NCBI GenBank assembly: GCA_041660105.1
Contig: JBAZWZ010000005.1
Coordinates: 1 to 63,159, forward strand
Length of the DNA stretch: 63,159 nt
Reading direction: 5' to 3'
Source of the DNA: Minisyncoccota bacterium
GTDB taxonomy: Bacteria > Patescibacteriota > Minisyncoccia > Phycocordibacterales > UBA1550
How positions within the stretch are numbered: position 1 is the first letter of the stretch; each line of letters starts with the position of its first letter. Position numbers and translations under genes: made by a program. Shown in pieces: positions 9,092 through 17,712 of this stretch. Below the pieces are notes generated by a model, which was given only the letters and a program-made list of their open reading frames with translations, was not told the origin of the DNA and made no database searches.

Positions 9092-9706
9092 TTATGCTAC
9101 TACTTCTGCTGACTCAGCTACGGGAGCTTCTGCCGCCACCTCTGCTGGAGCCTCAGGAGTTACTTCTGCTACTACTTCAGCAACAGGTGCTTCTGCTTTA
9201 GCTACGGGTGCCACACCCTTAGACTCGGCAATCTGGCCCATCGCAATAGCGAAACGCTGGATTGGTGAGTTGATAAGGTTGACGAACATACCACGGAGAA
9301 CCTGAAGTGGAGGAATGGTTGCAATTGCCATCATTTCTTCCTTTGTCTTGTACTCTCCATCGAAGATACCTCCTACGATTGAGATTGAACCCTTGTCGCG
9401 AGGCATAATCTGAAATCCATAAGTCTCACGTGCTGGAGCGAGGAGATCCTCACCGTATGCAATCGCGAGTTCTCCAGGGAGCTCAGGCATATCACCTTTT
9501 GCTTTGAGGTCAGTGAGTACACGCTTTGCTAAAGTCTTCTTCGTAACAAAGTATCCAACATTGTCTGCGGAAAGCTTTCGGCGGAGGATTTTTGTGTCCG
9601 CAGCTGAGAGCGCTTTGAAGTTTACGAAAACGATTGACTTAGCTGTCGCGAGACGCTCTGACATCGAGCCAATAAGTTCTACTTTCTTTTGTTTTGTAAT
9701 TGCCAT
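9092..9706 (-). CDS. rplJ: 50S ribosomal protein L10 with an A/P/E/V-rich C-terminal tail
   Basis: L10-like N-terminus ([41 protein letters not shown]), directly upstream of rplL. It carries about 40 extra low-complexity residues at the C-terminus. Confidence 0.93.
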   Translation of the reverse strand: MAITKQKKVELIGSMSERLATAKSIVFVNFKALSAADTKILRRKLSADNVGYFVTKKTLAKRVLTDLKAKGDMPELPGELAIAYGEDLLAPARETYGFQIMPRDKGSISIVGGIFDGEYKTKEEMMAIATIPPLQVLRGMFVNLINSPIQRFAIAMGQIAESKGVAPVAKAEAPVAEVVAEVTPEAPAEVAAEAPVAESAEVVA

Positions 9707-9720
9707 ATAACTGTATACAA

Positions 9721-9785
9721 TATTAGCTCCTCGGCTCGGAAGTGAGAAATAATTTTCTCACTTCTCTCGTCCTACGTCGCTAATA
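9721..9785 (-). repeat. 67-nt structured hairpin element, copy 2 (in the rplJ 5' leader)
   Basis: TATTAGC-TCCTCGGCTCGG-hairpin GAAGTGAGAAA/TTTCTCACTTC-CTCTCGTCCTACGTC-GCTAATA. It ends 15 nt upstream of the rplJ ATG. Confidence 0.8.
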
Positions 9786-9918
9786 ATTAATATTTTGAGC
9801 GGCCAGAACGCGGAGCGTTCTGGCCGAAAGCCATCCCATAACGGGAATAAGTCGACCTCCGCAGGGCCTATGTCGCTTTTCTCTGCGACCGCCTACTTCT
9901 TCGGGCTTCGGGGTTATA

Positions 9919-10062
9919 TTAGCGTGTGTGGACAATATTGTCAACCGTCATGATGGTTGCATTCATTTGCCCCAATTTCATTGCCTTTGAGACTGTTACG
10001 CCCGCCAAACCAACGAGTAAAATCGCTACAAATCCAAGCAATGATTTGATGATTTCTTTCAT
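9919..10062 (-). CDS. possible 47-aa single-TM small protein (below the ORF-track cutoff)
   Basis: ATG at 10062 and TAA at 9919. Sequence: MKEIIKSLLGFVAILLVGLAGVTVSKAMKLGQMNATIMTVDNIVHTR. No clear RBS seen. Confidence 0.3.
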   Translation of the reverse strand: MKEIIKSLLGFVAILLVGLAGVTVSKAMKLGQMNATIMTVDNIVHTR

Positions 10063-10100
10063 ACATTGACTATACCACATTCGGCAAAAAACGTCTAACT

Positions 10101-10156
10101 ACCAAAAACTAAGGCCTTGCCTTCGCAGATGCGAAGGCAAGGCCTTAGTTTTTGGT
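10101..10156 (-). terminator. terminator, 26-bp perfect stem
   Basis: ACCAAAAACTAAGGCCTTGCCTTCGC-agat-GCGAAGGCAAGGCCTTAGTTTTTGGT, downstream of CDS 10170-10673. Confidence 0.85.
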
Positions 10157-10169
10157 GGTTTCCAATCCC

Positions 10170-10673
10170 CTACTTTTGAATAGTAACCGTTGCTACATTC
10201 AACTGCTTATTACAATCCATAAGGAGAGAGGCGGGCAGCGTAGCGCTTGAGAGTTTAATGATTCTAAAACCATACCCAGGAAGTGTGTACGCAGTACCGA
10301 GCGTAATGGTACGCACCTCAGACGAACGGTTGTCGATCATAATACTTGTGCCGTTCTTAAAGGTCGCCATTGTTGGGCTCGCCTGGCAAAACGTTCCTCC
10401 AGTCAACTGGATGCGATTTTTCTCAGGATAAAGCGCGAGCGCTTGCACATAGCTTAGCGAAGCAGCCTCTCCTGTTGAAGTATTCGTGTTTTTGATGGTG
10501 GTTGTTTTTGGTGTTGTGATGAGGGCGCTACTTGAGGTGGATACCTGTTCCCCTGCTGGGATTCCACTCTCAGGAGCAACTGCTGGCTTCCCAAAGAAGA
10601 ACGCCGCAACAACGCCAACAATAATAATTGCAGCGACCCCAATTCTTATATTCTGTTTACTAATATTTTCCAT
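10170..10673 (-). CDS. membrane-anchored secreted hypothetical protein
   Basis: 167 aa with an N-terminal TM/signal anchor and a Thr/Ser-rich linker, downstream of the giant surface gene. Confidence 0.6.
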   Translation of the reverse strand: MENISKQNIRIGVAAIIIVGVVAAFFFGKPAVAPESGIPAGEQVSTSSSALITTPKTTTIKNTNTSTGEAASLSYVQALALYPEKNRIQLTGGTFCQASPTMATFKNGTSIMIDNRSSEVRTITLGTAYTLPGYGFRIIKLSSATLPASLLMDCNKQLNVATVTIQK

Positions 10674-10802
10674 ATAATTTTTAAACTTTTTGTGCGAAAT
10701 TTCTTATTAAATTAATTACCTAAACCTGCTAGTCGTACTTTGCCATACCTCCTATAAGCCTAGCAAATCAAGGCTTTTTTGCAAGAGTTATGACGTTGCC
10801 CG

Positions 10803-13800
10803 CTAGATGACTTCTTTTCTAACCGTAATGAAGTACGGGGAAAGATAATCGTTGAACTCATTGTTTGCAGAATCTTTTATGTGGGCTTTTATTCGATAAG
10901 TTCCTACGGGGACAGTGGTTGTTGCCCCAGAAAGAACCCAGTTCCAGGATTTCGAACATGAGACTGTCCCGTCGACACACCCTGTCCCCGAATAAAAGAT
11001 TTTGTCTTTTGATGGATCTGATATATCCTGAATCGCAACGGAAACCCAATCAACGCTTTCACTTGCGGTAAGCTCGAGCTCCATATCAGCTGGTGTCGTC
11101 GTCGCAAAATCTGCAACAACATCCCCCGCGACACCATTAAACGTATAACTCAAAATCGAAGGAGGAGTGGTGTCGAGCACGACAGGAGGTGGGGTCGTAT
11201 CTGGCGCGACAGTTACCGTAACAGTGTACACTTGCGTTGAGCCATTTTCTGCAGTAACCGTATACGAAACAGGATTTGTGAAGTCTTGAGAAGATAGTAA
11301 CGATGGGCTCGACGTTGCAAGTGGTGACAGAGTAATAGCTGGCGTAAGTGTACGCACATCAATACCAAAAGGAACCGTCAGACTAATAGTGTGTACAGTC
11401 TCATCGATGACTCCAGGAATTGTTGATGTAGAAACCTGCAAACTAAAAGCTGTGATTGATTTTTCAGTACTAAGAACTACGGGTGGAGTTGTGTCTTGAG
11501 AAATAATTACCGTAACAGTGTACACTTGTGTCATGCCATTTTCTGCAGTTACCGTGTATGTAACTGGATTCGTAAAATCATGCACAGCCCCCGAAGCTGG
11601 GCTTGAAGTTGCAAGAGCAGGCACTGATATAGCTGGTGAGAGAGAGTGAACATCAGTACCAAAAGGAACCGTCAGACTAATAGTGTGCGTAGTCTCGTCT
11701 ATAACTCCTGAGATTGTTGACGTAGAAACCTGCAAACTAAATGCAGTAATTGATTTTTCCGAGCTCAAGATTACAGGAGGTGGAGGAAGGACTATCGCAG
11801 GCTTATTACTGATATTATCAATCACCACTTTCCCATTCCCCGCACACGTTTTTGACCATCCATCAAGACTACCGCACGCACCAGGGGCAACAGCGACTCC
11901 TGTATACGACGAAGTTTGGTAGTACACAGCGACACGTCCGCCTGAAGGAATGATAAACCCACAGTTCCACCCGCACCAAACCATACTTCCTCCTGCTGAT
12001 ACGAATGATCCAGCCCCTTCCAATTCACTAGCTTCAACATAAACACTACCGCCAACTTTTCCAGCTGGACCATTCGCAGAAACACCGCCGTTATTAATAA
12101 ATTTACCGGAGGATTTAATGTACACAGAAGCCCTTTCTCCGGAAGCAAAGAAATTGTCGGGGTCACTCACCGTAGGTGTGGTCCAAGCAGAAACAGAGGA
12201 ACCGACACCAATATCAAGATTGTTAACAACAATACGAAGTTGTTGCCCCGCTCCTGCGCCTAATTTACCGCCATCTTTCAAAATAAGCGAATCAACAATC
12301 AATGGGTCTGCACACATCAGTGTCAAAGTGCTTCCCTTCCCTATTGTCATAGTGGGAACATTTAATGTCACTCCTGACCCAATAGTTACAAAGGAACTAC
12401 TAGTTGCAGATAGATTGTTTGCGTTGACCGTAGAGTTGTCACTCATAGTAAATCGCGCACCACCAGCCAAAGAAATTGTGTCGGCTGTAAGCGTTGCACT
12501 TTTTTCAATTTCAACACTAGCTCCGTTTGTAAGATAAATATTGTGATAATTTAATGGCTCATCATTTTTTTGAAACCTGAACGAGTTTTTAATATACAAA
12601 TCTTTATGAGTATCATCAAAAAATGCTGCAGTTCCCGCTCCCACCGCTGAACCAGAAAACGATGAACTTGCATAGTGAACTGCTATTCTACCACCACCTC
12701 CAGCAAATCTGTATGGCCAATTTGCATAACTACCATTTGCACTTAACATGCCTGTCCCGGCAAAATTGTTTGCGACCACGTAAATACTCCCCCCGCTTGC
12801 ACGAGTACCACTGCCATTCGCAGAAATAATTCCGTCATTTACAAACGAATCTGTTACAACTATTTGTACTGCTCCTCCACCTCGTGGCCCCATTCCACTT
12901 CCTAAATCAACAGGTCTTGTGGCAGATCCATAAATTGGTGGATTCACCCCTCCTCCCCCACCTCCGTAACTTGCAGCTGGGTCTGATCCTGTACCAGCTT
13001 GAGGGGGACTCCCTGGCCCCATGTTGTACCCTTGACCGTTTGCAGAGATTGAGGAGCCAGAAGAGACTGTGAGATTTGCAACCTCCAGTGAGAGTGTTTT
13101 TTCTATCGAACCAGTAATAGCAGATCCTCCTAACACAGACAGCGTGTTCGTATTTATTTTTTCTCCACCAGAAAGCACTAAGGTTGAGGCCCCATCCAGA
13201 ATAATCTCGGGGATATTTAATACATCGCCATTCGAAAAAGAGAGATATGAGCCACCAGAAAGAACAAGTTTATCTGCGGAAAGTGATACACCACTATCTA
13301 CACTGACTGATGCGCCGTTTGTAAGATAAATATTGTGATAATTTAATGGCTCATCATTTTTTTGAAACCTGAACGAGTTTTTAATATACAAATCTTTATG
13401 AGTATCATCAAAAAATGCTGCAGTTCCCGCTCCCACCGCTGAACCAGAAAACGATGAACTTGCATAGTGAACTGCTATTCTACCACCACCTCCAGCAAAT
13501 CTGTATGGCCAATTTGCATAACTACCATTTGCACTTAACATGCCTGTCCCGGCAAAATTGTTTGCGACCACGTAAATACTCCCCCCGCTTGCACGAGTAC
13601 CACTGCCATTCGCAGAAATAATTCCGTCATTTACAAACGAATCTGTTACAACTATTTGTACTGCTCCTCCACCTCGTGGCCCCATTCCACTTCCTAAATC
13701 AACAGGTCTTGTGGCAGATCCATAAATTGGTGGATTCACCCCTCCTCCCCCACCTCCGTAACTTGCAGCTGGGTCTGATCCTGTACCAGCTTGAGGGGGA

Positions 13801-15851
13801 CTCCCTGGCCCCATTCTGTACCCTTGCCCATTTGCAGAAACCGAGGAGCCCCTCTCAACCGTGAGATTTTTTGCAAATATTTTTACTCCCTTAAAAGTAT
13901 TCGTTGAATTTTCATTTCCAGCTGCAGTAATTACTGCATTATTGGTTATTGTTAAATTGTTGAATACATATTCTCCGGCAGCTAACCATGCGCTCGATGA
14001 CGCTGTGACATTTTCCTCTACACTATCTGCGATGCCATTTTTGTTGAGGTCTGAATATAAAATGTTTGCGGGGTTGGGGGTTTCAAATACCATCGCAAAT
14101 GTTGTGGATGGGACGGGTGTGTTCGTTGCGGTAGTAGTGGTTGCAAAATTCGTCTCAAAATAACCAAAAGCAGACCAGTTTGTACTTGAAGTGCTTACGC
14201 TACTTTCAAGACGTGTGCGATATTGCCAAATACCAGGACTTGGGATCTCTACTTCTTTATGAAAAGATAATACTGCGCTTGTGGTAGTAGCTTCGGCTGA
14301 AATAATTACTGATGATGTTGCGGTATCAAGCGATGTGTTTTTTAGCTCGATTGCAATCGTATCAAAAGTTGAAGTACTGTTGTGGTATTCGCCAGAAAAT
14401 ATTACAGTACTTGTGCTGTATGTTTGCGCGGAGGTTGTTGCAAAGACGATGCCGTCAGGAATAATAATTTCTTCAGTTGATGTTGCAGGTGGCTCACTTG
14501 AGTCCTCTGTAGAAGTTGCTACCGCTGGTGAAGCTGGCTGCTGTATCGACCCACCCCCAAAAGACATTGGCTGTGGATTTGACGAGCCTCCTCCTGCTAT
14601 TTGCTGCGGTGTTGATGGCAGCTGTGGTAAATTAGGCCGTTGTCCCGCAATAACGACTGGTGGTGGTAACGCTGGAGTGAGAGGGGTTTGGATAATATTA
14701 GGAGTAAGAGCAGATGGGGCAGTTTGTGGTGGTGGTAACGCTGGAGTGAGAGGGGTTTGGATTGCGCCAATGACAGATGCGGTGTTGCTTGCTGGGTTAA
14801 TATTTTCAGACAGGAGTCCCCCGACGGCATCACGAATCCCAGAACCAACAGCGACAGCGGTGTTAGAAATAGCACTCCCGACGGCAACAGTTGTGTTTAT
14901 TACGGCATTGCCTACAGCGGTACTTGCATGGTATCCCCAAACGGCCGTATTAACGGCAAGATAGTAAGTCCCGACAGCGACATCAGAACACGTGTTGTAG
15001 CTCGCAACAAAGGCACCTTCAGTGGTACCGATAACAGTATCAGCGACTGCAAAAACTGCCCCGTTTAACTTATGTGAAAAAGAATACATGGGTGGCGACA
15101 TACAGGGCGCGTCTGTGTCTTGAGTTGTATTGCTTGAGAGACTACTGAGGCCCTCGCCTACTTTCGTAATAATTTCACTACTACTTCCACTATATTTTAG
15201 ATATACATCGGAAAAACTATGTCCTGAAAGTGGGTTTATGCCTCCGGCAACTTCTGCTATATGTATATTAGTTGGCAAAATCGGATGAAGTGGCGAAAGG
15301 TGTCCAACGAGACCTGAGATAACATGGTCTGTATCAGAGGTGAGCCATTTTCCACCCCCAGCAACTCGACTAGCGGGAGTAGCGACTCCATACACTCCCA
15401 TAGATTGTTTTGGGATGCCACCAGCCTGATCGGCAACTACATCATAAAAACTATTTGCATAAAAATTTCCCTGTGAGTGGGCAACAAGGAGGAGCTTTTG
15501 AGTTTTGATTTTTTTACTTGCATCATCCAGCATCTCGATGAGATCATAGTCTGCAACTACCTCGCTTCCAAATGCTTTTTGAATAATAGAATCAAAAAGG
15601 TCAGCAACACCACCAAAATGGGAAGGGTTGAGGAGGTATTCGTATTTTATCTTTTGATTATTCCAATCAAAACCAACCTTCTTCATGAGCGCCTCCATAT
15701 TATTTATAGCACCATCTTTATCAGTTAGAACACCATTTATAGTAGCAATGGTGTATCCGTCTGCAGAACATTTCCCCGTCTCAATTGCTGCAAAAGATAC
15801 TGCCGGGAAAATGAAAATGATGACCAAAAAGTAGTAGAGGGGGAATTTCAT
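10803..15851 (-). CDS. giant secreted surface protein: N-terminal alpha/beta-hydrolase (lipase-like), Gly-rich beta-helix repeats, Ig-like repeats
   Basis: 1682 aa. It has a signal peptide and an A-H-S-Q-G nucleophile-elbow motif (LLLVAHSQGNFY). A ~264-aa unit is repeated, containing GQGYxMGPGSPPQAGTGSDPAASYGGGGGG and ISANGSG/LSANGS beta-helix-type turns. Two ~95-aa Ig-like repeats (SEKSITAFSLQVSTSTI..YTVTAENG.TQVYTVTV) are present, along with proline-rich linkers. Confidence 0.85.
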   Translation of the reverse strand: MKFPLYYFLVIIFIFPAVSFAAIETGKCSADGYTIATINGVLTDKDGAINNMEALMKKVGFDWNNQKIKYEYLLNPSHFGGVADLFDSIIQKAFGSEVVADYDLIEMLDDASKKIKTQKLLLVAHSQGNFYANSFYDVVADQAGGIPKQSMGVYGVATPASRVAGGGKWLTSDTDHVISGLVGHLSPLHPILPTNIHIAEVAGGINPLSGHSFSDVYLKYSGSSSEIITKVGEGLSSLSSNTTQDTDAPCMSPPMYSFSHKLNGAVFAVADTVIGTTEGAFVASYNTCSDVAVGTYYLAVNTAVWGYHASTAVGNAVINTTVAVGSAISNTAVAVGSGIRDAVGGLLSENINPASNTASVIGAIQTPLTPALPPPQTAPSALTPNIIQTPLTPALPPPVVIAGQRPNLPQLPSTPQQIAGGGSSNPQPMSFGGGSIQQPASPAVATSTEDSSEPPATSTEEIIIPDGIVFATTSAQTYSTSTVIFSGEYHNSTSTFDTIAIELKNTSLDTATSSVIISAEATTTSAVLSFHKEVEIPSPGIWQYRTRLESSVSTSSTNWSAFGYFETNFATTTTATNTPVPSTTFAMVFETPNPANILYSDLNKNGIADSVEENVTASSSAWLAAGEYVFNNLTITNNAVITAAGNENSTNTFKGVKIFAKNLTVERGSSVSANGQGYRMGPGSPPQAGTGSDPAASYGGGGGGVNPPIYGSATRPVDLGSGMGPRGGGAVQIVVTDSFVNDGIISANGSGTRASGGSIYVVANNFAGTGMLSANGSYANWPYRFAGGGGRIAVHYASSSFSGSAVGAGTAAFFDDTHKDLYIKNSFRFQKNDEPLNYHNIYLTNGASVSVDSGVSLSADKLVLSGGSYLSFSNGDVLNIPEIILDGASTLVLSGGEKINTNTLSVLGGSAITGSIEKTLSLEVANLTVSSGSSISANGQGYNMGPGSPPQAGTGSDPAASYGGGGGGVNPPIYGSATRPVDLGSGMGPRGGGAVQIVVTDSFVNDGIISANGSGTRASGGSIYVVANNFAGTGMLSANGSYANWPYRFAGGGGRIAVHYASSSFSGSAVGAGTAAFFDDTHKDLYIKNSFRFQKNDEPLNYHNIYLTNGASVEIEKSATLTADTISLAGGARFTMSDNSTVNANNLSATSSSFVTIGSGVTLNVPTMTIGKGSTLTLMCADPLIVDSLILKDGGKLGAGAGQQLRIVVNNLDIGVGSSVSAWTTPTVSDPDNFFASGERASVYIKSSGKFINNGGVSANGPAGKVGGSVYVEASELEGAGSFVSAGGSMVWCGWNCGFIIPSGGRVAVYYQTSSYTGVAVAPGACGSLDGWSKTCAGNGKVVIDNISNKPAIVLPPPPVILSSEKSITAFSLQVSTSTISGVIDETTHTISLTVPFGTDVHSLSPAISVPALATSSPASGAVHDFTNPVTYTVTAENGMTQVYTVTVIISQDTTPPVVLSTEKSITAFSLQVSTSTIPGVIDETVHTISLTVPFGIDVRTLTPAITLSPLATSSPSLLSSQDFTNPVSYTVTAENGSTQVYTVTVTVAPDTTPPPVVLDTTPPSILSYTFNGVAGDVVADFATTTPADMELELTASESVDWVSVAIQDISDPSKDKIFYSGTGCVDGTVSCSKSWNWVLSGATTTVPVGTYRIKAHIKDSANNEFNDYLSPYFITVRKEVI
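12523..13812 (-). repeat. 792-bp-period tandem duplication inside the giant gene (~500 bp essentially identical)
   Basis: 12523-~13020 matches 13315-~13812. The antisense ORFs 12623-12829 and 13415-13621 are 100% identical. Identity decays after ~13020/13812. Confidence 0.9.
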
Positions 15852-15852
15852 T

Positions 15853-16458
15853 TTAATTTTTTAAGAGAGCAACTTCCACATCACACCAATCGTCAGAAAC
15901 TGAATAACTTCCAACATATTCATAAAAATTATGCATATATTTTTTTCTTTCTTCTGTATTGATTTGTCGCTGTTTAACAAAATTTTCGTTTTGATCAGTC
16001 TCCTTTGTAAATTTATCCATATCAGACCGCGAACTAATACTCCAAATGCATTTAAGCGCCTTGCTTTCATTATCCTCAACACTCGCGGTCGCTGTTTCTT
16101 TGTTCAAAATTGGCAATGTCATCTGTGTCTGCAACGCCAACGCATACTGAAGCAGTACCGCTCGTGTCTTTGCCGAGTTTGGGTATTCCTTGAAGATTGC
16201 GAGTTCCACATCATCGCGAATACCATTATTATTCGCATCAATACCTGCGACCGTCTTATCAGCCTCTACTCCTGGGTCCGCTGGTAGGTTCTTCCCCATC
16301 ACATCATCCATAGTGAGCTTTGTTGCGTGGATTATAGCCACCTGCGCTTCTGTCTTCTTGTTTTGCATATAAAACGGAATACGCGCAATAACTAATAAAA
16401 TAAAGGCGGCAAGTATTGTGATCGCCGTCCACTTCAAAATCTTCATAAATTTTTTCAT
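15853..16458 (-). CDS. hypothetical N-terminally anchored protein, first gene of the giant-protein operon
   Basis: Its stop lies 1 nt before the giant gene's ATG. I prefer the ATG at 16458, preceded by GAGGG and TGGTACAAT. The TM helix is LKWTAITILAAFILLVIA. Confidence 0.6.
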   Translation of the reverse strand: MKKFMKILKWTAITILAAFILLVIARIPFYMQNKKTEAQVAIIHATKLTMDDVMGKNLPADPGVEADKTVAGIDANNNGIRDDVELAIFKEYPNSAKTRAVLLQYALALQTQMTLPILNKETATASVEDNESKALKCIWSISSRSDMDKFTKETDQNENFVKQRQINTEERKKYMHNFYEYVGSYSVSDDWCDVEVALLKN

Positions 16459-16524
16459 AATTCCCTCTATTGTACCACGCACACATCACATCCCACCACA
16501 AAATATCCCTGAATATTGTTTATC

Positions 16525-16534
16525 TGTGGATAAC
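16525..16534 (-). promoter_or_regulatory. GTTATCCACA box
   Basis: Perfect 10-mer between the REP-like hairpin (16539-16562) and the promoter of CDS 15853-16458. Confidence 0.5.
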
Positions 16535-16538
16535 TTTT

Positions 16539-16562
16539 AAACAAAGGACCGCCCTTTGTTTT
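16539..16562. repeat. REP-like hairpin (variant AAAGGACCGCCCTTT) just 3' of the RAYT gene
   Basis: AAACAAAGGACCGCCCTTTGTTT. The same 15-mer recurs as an inverted pair at 21982-22030. Confidence 0.7.
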
Positions 16563-17233
16563 TATTCTTCCTCGCCAAAAGAGAGCCAGTCGTTAACGAA
16601 ATCATCAAAATCTTTTGTAGTGTCAAAATATTGTGGACCGGCTTCACGGTTAGTAATCTTCGACTGCAGGCGCGGTGACCCTTGATAATCAACATAACTT
16701 GAGTATTCATAGCTTTTCAAATATTCTTGAGCCGCTACGCGATCTTGAATACCGCTTTCTTTCCATTCGGGCTCGATGAGTTTAATTGGGTTTAAATGAA
16801 TATATGCAAATAAATATTTCAAATACTCATCCGTATCAGCGTGTTTTGCTTTGAATCTGCTCTCAAACAGAGCTCCTGTACGCTTATTCTTCTTGTTGAA
16901 ATACATTGAGTAGCCAGTTAGGAGCTTTGAGACAAACTTCGCAACGCCGCCCTCTGATTTCTCGCGGACAACAAGATGAAAATGGTTTGGCATCAGACAA
17001 TACGCAACAATATCCACAAGTGTTTCACCACGCTCTATTTCAAAAAGCTCAATAAAGGACCGTCCTTGTTTGAAATGTAGACCAATATTTACTGGATTTG
17101 AGCTATTGCAGGCATATAGTAGCGCCTCAAATCGTTTGTAATCATGTTGTGCAAGGAAAATGAGGCGCTTGTCGGTTCCTCTATTATATATATGGTAGTA
17201 CTCCCCTGTCGAGAAATTAAACTTTCGTAACAT
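16562..17233 (-). CDS. HUH Y1 tyrosine transposase, IS200-like / REP-associated (RAYT-type)
   Basis: YHIYNRG N-terminal block, HUH motif (MPNHFHLVV) and catalytic-Tyr block (AYIHLNP). The ORF track's extra N-terminal 23 aa are encoded by a REP hairpin, so I start at Met-24 (17233), 6 nt after TATACT. Confidence 0.8.
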   Translation of the reverse strand: MLRKFNFSTGEYYHIYNRGTDKRLIFLAQHDYKRFEALLYACNSSNPVNIGLHFKQGRSFIELFEIERGETLVDIVAYCLMPNHFHLVVREKSEGGVAKFVSKLLTGYSMYFNKKNKRTGALFESRFKAKHADTDEYLKYLFAYIHLNPIKLIEPEWKESGIQDRVAAQEYLKSYEYSSYVDYQGSPRLQSKITNREAGPQYFDTTKDFDDFVNDWLSFGEEE

Positions 17234-17254
17234 CCCAATAGTATACAACTTTTC

Positions 17255-17551
17255 AAATAAAGGACGGTCCTTTATTTGGAGAAACTGTGGATAACTCATC
17301 ATTTATATAGTGTTTTTTAGGAAATATTGAAATAAAGGACCGTCCTTTATTCGGGGAAGCAGAGCCCCTTCTCAGGGAACATGGACTATGGGCTTAGAGT
17401 GCACTCGTTTCGCGCTTACTGTCAGCTTGATCCCTTAATTTCTTGATTTCTGGTCATCATTTTGAAATAAAGGACGGTCCTTTATTTTGGGGTTTTGTTG
17501 AGAAATATGGGCGAAATGGGGAAAAGTGCAGAAAAAGGACCGTCCTTTATT
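17255..17551. repeat. cluster of four REP-like palindromes ATAAAGGAC(G/C)GTCCTTTAT (BIME-like)
   Basis: Copies at 17255-17277, 17330-17351, 17465-17487 and 17532-17551. The central base alternates G,C,G,C, meaning alternating orientation. All lie within 320 nt upstream of the RAYT gene. Confidence 0.85.
17286..17295 (-). promoter_or_regulatory. GTTATCCACA box
   Basis: Perfect 10-mer, 9 nt from the first REP copy, upstream of the RAYT -10 element. Confidence 0.5.
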
Positions 17552-17562
17552 TATGGGCAATA

Positions 17563-17600
17563 CAAAAGCCCCCGGATCCTTGCGGAAGCGGGGGCTTTTG
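17563..17600 (-). terminator. terminator of the 1153-aa surface gene
   Basis: CAAAAGCCCCC-(16-nt loop)-GGGGGCTTTTG, with a U-run on the minus sense. Confidence 0.75.
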
Positions 17601-17712
17601 TATTTATCTAGGTTTCCCTATCTACTTTTGACTTTGGAGGGCTACGAAATAATCTGTAATTTAATACTGGATTGCTTCGTTCCTCGCAAAGACGATAAAC
17701 CTTTTAGAAACA

